Part shown: positions 26,324 to 38,544 of the stretch, piece by piece
Layout of the letters: every line of letters starts with the position of its first letter
Position numbering within the stretch: position 1 is the stretch's first letter
Assembly: GCF_008831285.2 (NCBI RefSeq)
Contig: NC_045138.2
Span: 30,504,001 to 30,568,000, forward strand
Length of the DNA stretch: 64,000 nucleotides
Reading direction: 5' to 3'
Source: Nymphaea colorata
Taxonomy: Eukaryota
Program-made: the position numbers and the translations under genes
The notes under the pieces: generated by a model
What the model was told of the DNA's origin: nothing
The model's input: only the letters and a program-made list of their open reading frames with translations
Databases searched by the model: none

Positions 26324-27863
26324 GGAAAATGGCTCCACACAGAGAGAGAGATCTTACTGTTTGTAGGCCTAGGAGGATAGAGGGTCCTAAAGCCGACGGA
26401 GTCGACAAGGGGCCCGCAGGCGGGGTCTTCCTCGACGCCCGGGTTGTGGATGATGATCTCCGCCTCCGTGAAATCGGCCTGGAATGCCCAGGCGTACGAG
26501 TCCCATCCGTCGCTGCTGTAAATGGTCTGCATCGGCAGCACACCGGAGTCCGGCGCCACCGTCACGTTCAGCCTCTCCGCCTGCGCGCACGTCCTAGCGG
26601 CACTGAACGTGATGGAGTAATAGATCCCCACGACCAGCCCCGTTACCTTCTGCTTGATGTACGCCTCGTTCCCCAGCCTCACCGCGTAAGCTCCCTCAGG
26701 CACCACCAGCAGCATGTCCCCCTGCTTGTGCCCCGACTCTATGTACTCCACGAAGCCGGAAATCTCCCAGTTCGGTATGGCGTACCGCCCCGTGACGATC
26801 GTCCCGTTCATCTCCGACTTCTTCGGTCCGTACTCGAAGTTTCCATTCGGCAGCAGTCCTGCTTACATGATCAAATCTCCATGTTAGCACATAACAGTTT
26901 TTGGTATCGTTGAAAGTAACTGAGCTGGGTTATCAAGTAAGGAAGTGTTTCTGGACAAGGAGATGGGCAATTTCTACAAGAGCAGACAAGAGTGGACGGA
27001 AAGATTGAAGAGAGGATATCAGGTGACCAGAAGTCGGCGACCTTTCATCAGGGGAAACAGTAAACACCCAACTGGCTACTTCACGTTAAACAGGTTCCTC
27101 ACTGGATATTCCGGTGTTCTGCTTTAAGGTCACCCACCGCATAAGCTGATCATACTATCGAGATTGAAAAGAAAGAATCTTTTGGAACAAGACTTCTCTT
27201 TCTTTCTCCCTCCTTTCTTTTGGACTGTTCTTATACGAGACCTACTTAACTTGTGCCAAGAGTAACCGACTCAAAGCACCGAGCTTTCGACCTCCTTCAG
27301 CTTAAGGCCTTAGACTCTAACAGCCAGCAAAGTGGCAGAGCTCTTATTTGCTGTGCCTGGCTTTACTGGTTCGAGTAATGTAAAACCATTAGCTACCCTT
27401 CTTCTGTTTAGTGGAACTTTAGCTCCGACTAGTGCTTCTTGAACCCAACAGCTGGCCCTTCTTCCTAATGCTGGACGAAGTTGTCCATCTATCAATCTTT
27501 CACACCAACGTCTTATATTGAAGCAACAGAACTTCTAGTGAAAACCCACCCTGCACTACGGTGGTACTGCTAAAAAAATTGCATCAAAAAGAGAAGAAGA
27601 AAACAATGTAGATAAAAAAAAAACAAAAAGATGACAAAACAGAACCAAAGAAGATTCCAATTGAGAATGGTTTGAACAGGGTTGGAGCTACTGCGTCATT
27701 CGGGCACAGAAAAGAACAGAGGATATACGAAGACAAACACTGAAAATAAAGCGACTGCAGAGCTGCAGAAGGCTTTACCGTCAACGATGAGGGCCAGAGC
27801 ATGTTGATGAAATGAAAAGAGCAGGAAGAACAATGTGAAGAGAGAGGTCACAGAGGAATCCAT
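24395..27863 (-). CDS. DUF642 family secreted cell-wall protein (BIIDXI/DGR2-like), ~377 aa
   Basis: Exons 27863-27779 (signal peptide MDSSVTSLFTLFFLLFSFHQHALALIVDG), 26858-26358 and 24942-24395 join in frame to 1134 nt. Family motifs: GLLPNGNFE, KQGDMLLVVPEGAYAVRLGNEA, FSAARTCAQ, NPGVEEDPACGP, NLLKNGGFEEGP, ELVAGKESAIAQ, LCGPTIDDV. Confidence 0.95.
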
Positions 27864-30459
27864 GGGAGATTGAAGTGTTTGGTTTGCGAGTATGGAATGC
27901 AGGGAATGGGGGTGGTGAACGAGGCCTTTTATTGATGAGCAGCCATGGACATATCACAAGGAGGTGGGGTCGTCTGAGTTCCTAAAAATCCAAAAAACTC
28001 TCTCTCTTGAAGGGGAAAGGGTGAGGAAAGCAGTGGGAACATGAGATCTCCCATCACTTCTGCAACCACCAGACAGCCCATGAGACAGTGTAAAATATGT
28101 CTTTCTTTCCCATATCGACCACAAAATCTACCCTCACCTTATTGTTATTATTTGTTGCTGTTGTGTGAGCGCTGGGGAAAAAAACATGAGGATTTTGGTA
28201 CTTTTCCTTTAATTTCACAGATTTTCTTGGTGTTCCTGAAAGTTGCTGATCACAGTTTGCTAGGCTTCCTCGACTGCCAAGTATTTAACTCAGATTAGTG
28301 AGCATCATTTTGTGAAACACCAATAAGAAAGAGAATATCAACTCGGCTAAGGATTTGGAGTTAAAGGCGTTCAAGTTGCAAAAAGGTCAAAAGTTGAGTG
28401 AGATTCCATGGACCAAATCCAGAGGGGATCTGCCCAACTCCAACTTGCTTATACATATAAAACCATTACTGTGGTTTAATTCGGTTTACAACAGAAAGGT
28501 TTCATATCCTTTGATTTTAAGAACAAAATTTGGAACTGATTCTCTCCGCCCAGTGACCTTTCTCCAAACAGGCAGAGGTGCTACCAGGCTACGGTAAGAG
28601 CCAAGATATCGACAGTGAGACATACAAAGTGGTGAAAGAGACATCGTTTATTTCAATGGAGCTTTTGCAGATTGTAAGTCTGTCTTTTTTCAGGCATTGT
28701 TAGTTGGCAGGAGATCCCAAATTTGGAGACCGTGTATGAGAAATTTGAGAAATATGATACCATCAAAAGCAAAATACAAACTCCCAATGCAAATTTCCCA
28801 AAAAAAAACCTGCAATTTTTCTGCTCTTGATGTCAGCCACTTGCATTGAACCTTCACCTTAACTGGAAGTCGCATAAGAGTCATAGCACATGCTAATAGT
28901 AAATAGCGTGCCCCACGATTCCCCCCTCCCCAGAAGAAAAAAAAGAAAAAAGAAGGGTGAGAAACAGGCACAGAGCCATAGGCCACAACCATTAATGTGC
29001 CTCAGACTATAAATATTTCTTTTAACTCATCTCTAAGAGTAATCAAAGCTTTTCCTAAGTCGATGGAATCTTCAGACCAGGTTTTTCCTTGTATACTTTA
29101 ATTAGAACGCTAGCTTTCTCATTCACTAAATAAGGAAAAGTTCTATGATTACTGGTAGAAGCTCGAAAGGTGGCATCAATTAGCTGGTAATTTTTTGAAT
29201 CTTTAGATTGAACGAATCAGTTTGGCGTTGTAGCATGAAAGGGTGTCGGTTTCTCCTTCAATTTTTTGCTGCTGGATACTGAAATATGCTGCAAGCCATA
29301 TTTGACACAGCCAAAGAAAAGGGATGTACAGGTGAAAGTGATGTGAAGAATTTTTTCTTTTATTTTTGAAGGAAAAGACACGTGAAACTGTACGAAAAAC
29401 TGATAAAAGTGGATAAACTAAGCAAGGTACTTCATGAACGCAGAGATCACATAATTAAAAGATGATATCTAAGATCAGTTTAAAGTAGAAATACCATGAA
29501 AACGAATCATACCATTTTTTTATCAACATTAACAACATATTTCTGCTTCTGCTTCACGCAGATCGAGATTTTGCTTTCTTTTCTTGTGTTCTACAGCAGC
29601 TATGCTATAAACTGCGTGACCATATTAAAAAGGACGAGATTTCTGCCATTTTTACTGCTCTAATGCTGGTTTCTGTGCTGTGATTCACTCAACATTGAAG
29701 ATGAACGGTGCCCAAATCAGATCTCACCTCTGCGGAGAATTCACATTGAAAATGGTCTTCACTAGGAGTCCTGGTAATAACTGCAGCCTGTCCTGACCTT
29801 CACGTGGCATGACGGTCTGGTAGCCAACATAAATGCAAGGTTTTTAATGGCATGTGGCTTGCAGCCATACTACATCCACAATAATATTTTAATCTTTTTT
29901 AAAAAAATTCTCTTTCAAGTTTATTTCAGAGACCACATAGCAGAAGATCATGTCATTTGGACAACTGGGAAGTGAAGATGTGTTCTTCAGCCAGTGGTAA
30001 AAGATGTCATGTTGATGATGGTTTTCTGGGTTTAATCTCATTTACTTGTAAATGGATGGTGTCGGATCATGTTGCTGTCAAATAATTCATTGACAGCATT
30101 TAATGACTTTCTTTGGGTCACTTTCATGAATTTCTCTTAAGAAGGTCGACATAGGATTGAATGCCCCATGACTGTGCCAACTCTCTTTGAAATCACTTGA
30201 AAAGGTGAAAATTTTGGAGGGAAAGGAAAAGGTGAGTGAGACCCACTTCTGATAAGCGAGATGAACAATTAGACTGAACAGGACATATGTAAGGTCAGTA
30301 ATTATTACAAGGATTCACATTCTGAGTTTAACGTGACGCGTATTTTTCTAGGTGCTAGAATTTGGATTCTAACTATATTTTATTCCAATGAATTTAAAAG
30401 CAAACTTGAAATTTGGATCTGTTCAAGAGAAGCAGTGTGCCAACATTTTTATGTGTATG

Positions 30460-30775
30460 TAGGGATGTCAATGAACTGGATTTTGATTGGATATCTGATC
30501 GAACTACGATAAGTAAAGAACTTACATACAATTAAGAAACCAAACTGAATTTGGATTTGAGAAATGGCATCAGATCAAATTTGTTTTCGGCTTTAAATCA
30601 ATATTTGATCATTTTCAAATTAAAATTCACTTTAAAAAAAAATGTCTGTAATCTATACATTTTGAAAGTCGGATTCATATATAGTATAAGACTTTCTTTT
30701 AATATATATTTGAATCTCCATATGTGAATATCTAATAAATCGAATACGATAACAAAAATACAAATTGACACCCTA
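30460..30775. mobile_element. TAGGG-terminus hAT-like MITE
   Basis: TIR tagggatgtcaat / attgacacccta, with ggatt/aatc-rich subterminal motifs. Similar sequence occurs at ~60490-61130. TSD not preserved. Confidence 0.6.
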
Positions 30776-31657
30776 AGTAAATTGTTTTCCTATTCGTGTA
30801 TCTTGCACAAAGAAAGAGCACTATGTCTAGGACAAACAGAATCATGAATTCTATCTCTGTACACCTTAAAAAGCCATATTGGTTCGGACTCTAAATCTAA
30901 TCAACCAAGTTCCAATTTAGCCTGCAAATGAGCTTGAATGGGTTGATGCAGTGGATTTGGGCTTACTCAAATCCCATAACCACTATCTTTTATACAAACC
31001 TAAGCAACTATAGGTTTAACTGGGATGGAAATACCAGCTACGGAGTCTTAAAGTTTTACATTAGATTCTAATGAACAAGCTCATGTAAGTGGAGCTCATT
31101 ATTAATTGCATTGAACTTGCTAAGACTATTTTACAAGCTCAAATGAGCTCTTAAGCAACTAGAAAGCGCATAATCTCGAGAGACTCATAAAGTGGGTGTT
31201 GTTAATTGATTGGTTGTCCTGATTCTTAGCCTTTTTAGTATGAAACCGAAGTTGCTACGGAGCGAATTAAGATCCGCCATTCGAATTGTTATATCATTTC
31301 GCAGTTGAGCTATGGTTGGTGTACTTCTTTACCAAACTAGACGAAGCCATGCATCAGGTGGGTAACCCTCCTAAGTGAAACACAGCCAACATAGATGATG
31401 CCTCAGAGCTTCTGTCCCACCACATGGTGGTGTGTTTCTTTCGCTCGTTTTAGCTTTTACTGCTACAAGCCATGAGTGGCTTCGAAAGCAATGGGTGTTG
31501 TACCTCAGCACATAGAGAATGAGCAAGAACAACAAGCTAGCAGTGCAAATAGAAAAGAAAAAAAGGAAAGATGTGTGCAGTTACTTGGGAACCATACAGG
31601 TTGTAAAAATGGGAATCAGGGAGCTGCCAATTCTATAGATTCAGCTGAATCAGTTGC

Positions 31658-31876
31658 GTCAAAAATATTAACAAAAATCATTTTCTGAGAAATGAATGGA
31701 GAAAATGTATGAAATGAATAAGCAAATGTGGAAAATGGATCATGTGGTCTTGTAAGAAAATGGAAATCGGTCAAAAATATTAACAAAAATCATTTTCTAA
31801 GAAATGAATGGAGAAAATGTATGAAATGAACAAGAAAATATGGACACTGGATCATGCGGTCTAGTAAGAAAATGGA
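31658..31876. repeat. 112-bp tandem duplication
   Basis: gtcaaaaatattaacaaaaatcattttct...gtaagaaaatgga begins at both 31658 and 31770. Confidence 0.93.
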
Positions 31877-32022
31877 TCATCTGATCTTACAAAATAACGA
31901 GGGCATATTCCTTTGAGTTTTGGATGAATAAGAGGAGTATTTCGTTTCACTGCTCATAATGAGTGTTAGAAACCTCCACTCCCCTTTTCCTTTTACCCAA
32001 AGTTTTGAGTTGTGTCGGTGCC

Positions 32023-32204
32023 TAGGCGCAGAGGCAGGTGTGAGCACTAGGTGGGATATTGCCCACACACGCACACAAAAAATCTTACTTTTTATATTGA
32101 TATTTCATGAAAAGTTTATTCATTTAATATATATTGGTGTCTCTTAAAAATTTAAAATTTTATAATCAATGCACCTTATTCAGAATTTTCTGGTTCTGCC
32201 CTTG
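32023..32204. mobile_element. hAT-type MITE, family A
   Basis: Perfect 8-bp TSD tcggtgcc at 32015-32022 and 32205-32212. Shares the gtggg..ttgcccacac core and the aattttctggttctgcc end with the 58557 copy. Confidence 0.75.
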
Positions 32205-32350
32205 TCGGTGCCGGACGTAAGGTCCACATTACATGTCAACTAGTACACCATTTTTATCCCTTTAGAATAGAGGTATCGCTACCATGAGAATCAAATTGAC
32301 GACGTCGGGTTTCATTGGCCCCAACTCAACCAATTTGTACGACGATTATT

Positions 32351-32419
32351 AGGCATGTTTGTTTCTGTTGGAGCGTGTCAAACGTATGATTAAGACACTC
32401 TGTCGCAACAAACACGCCT
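32351..32419. mobile_element. Very short (~69 bp) Tourist-like inverted-repeat element
   Basis: aggcatgtttgtt ... aacaaacacgcct form a 13-bp TIR with one mismatch. Confidence 0.5.
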
Positions 32420-35400
32420 CCAAGAAAACTAAAAAAGTGTGATTGATTACCTCAGGTTTACAATGTCTGCTTTTCGGCGGGGCCGACACCGCACTAGGAG
32501 ATAAAGCAAACACGGAATCTCAAATCCAATCTCCCCCTTAATGAGGATTTAATATAAGATTCAATGTTTGGTTAGAGATTCATGAACCGATAACCTTTTG
32601 CCCCTTTCTTGGTGGCTCCCAAAAGACTTTTATTCCAAAATCATTAAGTTATAAGCTTTTTTGTAAAAGGAGTTTGAAAGGAAATTGAGACTTGAACCGT
32701 GTTAAGGGCCACACCTGGAGTCATATTGGTGTACAAATTTTTACTTTTTTTTATGTTCAAAAAGAAATTTTTTTGTACAAATAAAAATGAAAATAAAAAA
32801 AGTAAAAGTACTATAAAAGACATTTTTAAAAAAATTACCAAAATACCTATTTCTCCTTTACAGCCAGCAAGCAGTAAAAACACACTCATGCCAAATTTTA
32901 AGCTTATAGTATCATGACACCTGTTCCAGTCAAAATCCTGACTGCAACTTGAAAGCCATGGCAGCTCATTGTGTCAGTTCTTCATGTGAAGATCTTAGAT
33001 AAATAGTAAGGTTTTAAATATATATATATATATACATCTTGAGCTTCCTTCGATACACTGTCCGATACAACGCAGGTAGGGTGTTGTGAGAGAATTTTCT
33101 CTTCTAAACCTTCTAAACCTAGATGTAAAAATTCACAAATGCTACATACATAAGTTAAACTTCTCCATCCATCTTAAGGTATGTCTAATCAAAACCACTT
33201 GATGCAATGTATCGAACAGTATACTATGAGAGGCTAGAGGATTTCTCCATCCAAACTCCGATGGAGAAATCCACAAATCCTATGTATGTATGTATGTATG
33301 TATGCGACAATTTTGCAAATCAGCATATTAAAAGTTTAGGGCATTTGGGCCTAAAGAAGATGTTGATGTGCTTAGGGAGAAAAGTCTCTTTCAGGAGGAG
33401 ACTGCCCACATGTGCTCTCTCACTTTCTAGCCACAAAAAGGGCACAGAGAATCTGAATGCAGACCTGATCTCAAAGAATTAGGAGGGGGTGAGAAGGGGC
33501 TGTCCACTTGATTCAAAGAGCACATGTGCTGCTGTCCTCCCAGCACAAGGCAAGGAGGTGACCCTTCTTCCATAGGGCCTCTTAACATCACCCTTGAGAG
33601 AAAAAAAAAACACATCTTTAATTGCCAATAAAGTGGCCTAACCCTAGCATTACTCATTGCGAAATAATACTAATAATAATAATTAATGAGTTCTATTGGA
33701 ACATTAATGGCCTGTGTGGGTCGGGTAGGTCGGGCGCCCTGACCCGGATGCACCATGGGCCAACTTGAGAGTTGGACCTCTGGACATAGTTACCATGAAA
33801 CCTGCCCCTAATTTTCATAGTTGATCACTTGCTTCCTCCATTAACAAGGGAGAAGGGTGTTTCATTGGGCTGAAATAGAGAGTCGCTTGCCTTGCCAATG
33901 AAACGCGTTCAAACCTCCTTAGTGGCAGTTGCTTGTCCGATAGGATCCCGCCGCTCTTGCCTGAATAAAAGCTTGTAAAATTTGTCTCACCATAGAGCTT
34001 TAAGGTTCATTATTAGAAAAAGAGACTAACCCAAATGAGTCAACTTAAAAAGGAGTAACTGATATGCAAGTTGAAGCATAACAAGAGCATCACCTCCATG
34101 TATCAAAAGCAAGTTGATACTTTGGAGAGATGAGGGAAAAGGTAGAGTTTTCTGCCCTTTTGTTAAGCGTTAGGATGAAATACTTCTCTTGTTCATCCAA
34201 CAGTACCCACAACTGTTCTGAAATTGATTTTCAGCTCAAGTATGATATTAATGGACCGTTGGTAGATCATTTAATAGTTTATTATTATTATATTATTATC
34301 TTATTATTATTACAAACCAAACACTAAACACAGATCCCCTTTTTTAACTACATAGACATGTTAAATTTGCTAACCAAGAAAAATAAGAATGTCTTAAAAG
34401 TGCAAAGCAGCAAGGATGAATTTATTAAACAAATTTGAGGACTGGATTGGTTAGACGGCCAAAAGTGGAGATATAATTTGGAATGCAGAAAAATCTTAAT
34501 TCTAGATGAAAGCTAGACAAACTTTGACAGTCAAGTATCTATTCAGGACCCACCAATTGGAGACACTGATCACAAAAAGAAGCCTCGCATTTCTTAATTT
34601 ATCTTGACATGGTCCCAACTTCTATCTGCAAACTCTGAAACAAAAGCTTCAGGATAAAGTAAATCATTTTACGACATGTGAAATTTTGTACCTTTTCACG
34701 TTGTTTGGAAATTAGATCCAACATTATGAAAAAAGGTTCTCCGCTATTGTTTCAGGAAAAAATAAAAAATTTCAGAAAATTCAGAAAGATGAGGCCGGTT
34801 CTTGAGATTATGGCAAAAAATTGAGCCTCCAAGTGGAAAAGTTTTCGAAGTTCGTTCTTGTTTAGTATTGACGACTCCTCAAACCCAAGTTTTACGTTAA
34901 CTTCATGCATGGTTCATTTTTCACAGTGGCGGCATGTCAATGATAATCAATGGGGTTGACATCAACTATTTCCCTTATGCAATCAAACACAACTAACATT
35001 TCCTGCTATATTCTTTCAGCATCCTACAATGGAATGTAAAATTTAATGAGCTAGGATGTACCTGATCCTCCTTGTACTGCAGATAAGAAAATTTCTTCTG
35101 CTCCTTCCAGAAATACGTGTGTAGAGAGAGAGAGAGAGAGAGAAATGATGAGAGTTGGAAGCGTTAAAACTTATATATGGATGAAGTGAATATCCAAAAG
35201 TTAGCAGATGGCCCCATCAATTGGGGATGAAGAGCAGGAGCGGCTTCTTCCTGATTCACACGCTTTTATGGCTTTAAATGCGTTGCAATTGTCTGTCAGC
35301 CATGGCCAGCTATTTCTGCTTGTCACTTACAGCTTGAGAGAGAGAGAGAGAGAGAAAGAGTACATAGCCAACAAAGTATAAATGCCACTTAATTCAATAG

Positions 35401-35852
35401 GATTGAGAGGAAAAGACCCATATCGAATAGCTGGTTAAAGTACAAGTATAATAAAGAAAAAGGAATTTTGTAACAAGTAAGATGTTGGTACTTCGGGGGT
35501 GCGCGGGAGTCTAATCTCACTGCACTGAGTGAACCTCTAAAATCTCCTCTCATCCCCTTTACTATTGTTTTAGGTGTCTTAGGATGATGTCATCGCTATA
35601 CTTCAACTTGCATATTGGTGTTTCTCATTTTACAGCACGGAGATTTAATGCCATGGGAGCTCGAAATGACGACCGGCTGCCTACCAGCCTTTGTTCCCTT
35701 TGTTGCACCAACTCCCTCGGGCTTTTGTGTAAAAAAAGTATATTTTTTTTTATCTTTTTCAATGTGGAAGTTTTTAGGAACACATCTAAAGATTTTAACA
35801 ACGAAAAAAGAATGCACCCGAATTTTCAAAACAAAAATATGGGTAGGTACTT

Positions 35853-36306
35853 TGATGTCAACTAAAAAGGTTAGTAATGCAAAACTAGTTAAGATTAACG
35901 AATCTTAACCTGTCTGTACTCACAACTAAGCTAAAACTATGCTTAAAACTAACTAAATCTCAAGAAAACGGCTGGAAGAAAAAGAATAACAGAAGAAAAT
36001 AACAAAGTGTTTGCATTTCATTTCTTTTCAACTTTCAACTTTTTCTGCAAAATGAACCCGCGTCCCTTTATATAGGGAAATGGATGGATTGCGGATCTAG
36101 ATCTATTTACTGGTATTGAAAACTAATTAGATCTAGTTACACAGATATGGATCTAGTACATAGATATTTATATTCAGGATCAGGACTAAGGTCCAAATAA
36201 GCAAACAAAATCTAAAACATGAGACAGAACTCTAAACAAACTATTAAGTCTTATTATAATCCAAAATAAGTTAGATCTGGATCTATCTGCTTCAGTCTCT
36301 GCATCA
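35853..36306 (-). mobile_element. Possible solo LTR (~454 bp)
   Basis: TGATG...CATCA termini. Minus-strand TATA box ccctatataaaggg at ~36064-36077, with repeated gatcta motifs on its upstream side. The 5-bp flanks (tactt / gttca) do not match. Confidence 0.45.
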
Positions 36307-37070
36307 GTTCAATTAGTAAGTTTAGAAATAAGAATATCGAATATTAAATGTTAAAATAAGTTTAGCCACTTTGTGACCAGTGGAAAAGGTCAAGTGCGTT
36401 TTGACGATATCAATGCAAATTTAAAAAGATTTTTAGTTTTTAATTTTTCTGAAGTCGGAAAATGAATTGGATGCATTTGAATGTCCGAAAAAAGAAAAGA
36501 AGTGCATTCATGTGTGGGAGCTCTCGAGCTGACACACTTCTAGACTAGGCTGTAAGCAAGTTGGCACAGATCTGAAAGGTCCAGAACCATATTTTGGCTT
36601 GGTTTCTAGAACGGGTTCCATGTCAACATGCATACACGTGTGCGTGCGTGCACTGTGTTTGTGTGTGAGAAAACCTGGAAGCAGCTCCAACTAGAAGATT
36701 TACAAAAAGCATTCTCTATCGAACATGCATAGCCGTTTTACATGTTTGATCATACTCAGTCCAACCTAGATCTGAAATATTGTTTCACCTGATCTATGGA
36801 ACTCCTACTTGTAGTTTTTTTTTTTTTTCAAGTTATATACATATATATAATATTGAACAATGACTCTGGGGGATGACACTGCCTTTACAAAGTCACCCAG
36901 TCATTTAATCAACACCATTCGATGATGAATGGTTAAGAAAAAATAAAGAAAAAAAGTAATAGACATTTTGTCATCAAGTATTAATCCACACCTTTTTTTA
37001 TTGTTTTTCTTTTAACCATCTATATCTTTTTTTCATTGTTTTTCTTTTAATCATCCATATGATAATTGAC

Positions 37071-37179
<109 letters not shown>

Positions 37180-38544
37180 TTAGAATTATGATTAAGAGAG
37201 GTGCAACGAGGATTTCAAAGACTTTACCAGTGAAAAACCTGTGAACGACCAAGAGGCACTCCAGGATTTCAAAGGCATGGAAAGAATATTATCGTGCTTA
37301 ATACCAAGAAAGGAAACATTAGATTTGAGAATTACTAAGAAAAACGGGAACAGATAGGCCGACAGATAGCTTAGCTGGTGGTGTTATGACAAGCCTATCT
37401 GCCAGGCAGGTAGGATGCTTTGTTTTCCACGTGCATCACACTTGCGTAAGATTAATGTGGGTGTACATCCTGAGACCTTTGGAGTCTAACCATTGTTTTC
37501 AGGGTTCAGAAACAGGTTTTCCACTTTTTCTCGGTGAAACGAAAAAGAAGAAAAGAGCAAGTATTGGCTAATATAAAACTATCCACTTTCACGAAGAAAG
37601 TTTACAGTTATGCGTATAAATAACATAGTTCGGTTATAACAAGTTACATTATGAAGTAGGGGATCCATAACAGCAGATCACTTCAATCTAGAATACAAGG
37701 GCTTATATGTCATTGACCTGTCTGCTTCCGCACAATGGCATACAGAAAGATGTTCAGTTTCAATTTCGTCCTCCTTTGAACTGACAAACTATGTAAATCA
37801 AAGGGTTGCAAAAGGTTATACTCAGATCAGCAAAATACATGGGAGTTAGATTATTAGGCAAAGATGCTTATAAAAATGGTATAGGATGCAGACCATATCC
37901 TACCCGTCCCTGCCCCTAGACTTGATCATGCTCGTACAAGTTGTTTCAGTAAAAATCAAAACAGCATGCAAGAAAATTGCCGCTGAACCAGTTAGTTGTT
38001 TTCACCAAGGCAGGAAAAGGTAAATAGTTTTTATGGAAAAATATTCACTTTCCATACAATATAAGGGGAAAAATCCGCTTTCGGCGATGGCATTCTCCCT
38101 CCAGTCAGAATTCATATTCTGCAATTGCAGGCATTTTTTCGTGAAAGTAACTCTACTGTAATCATCTCCATGCCCCAAAACCTTTGAAGCAACACAACGT
38201 TTGTGTTTTCTCCATGTATGTTATTTACGGGCCAGCTTTCTCCATTGGGCTTTTTATGGGCAGGAAGAAGTAACAACTAACAAGTTCTGTTAGATTTGAT
38301 GGTGATCCACCTTCATTGTACATATCAAATCCAAATAGTTTGCACCCGTCCTGACAGAAAAGGACAACATAAGTATTTTTTCTGGCGCATGTCATCGCCA
38401 TCACAAATTAATGTTATTGTAGGAGCAATGTTACTAGCCACATGGAAGACGAGTAAAATTACTAGAGGACACAGGAAGATGAACTTACTCTTCTGCATTT
38501 GACAAATGTAGGTAATGAACGACTGTAATGATGGAAACAGTGGA

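Noticed and set aside
26329..26913. 194-aa plus-strand ORF
   Set aside because: Antisense shadow of GC-rich DUF642 exon 2.
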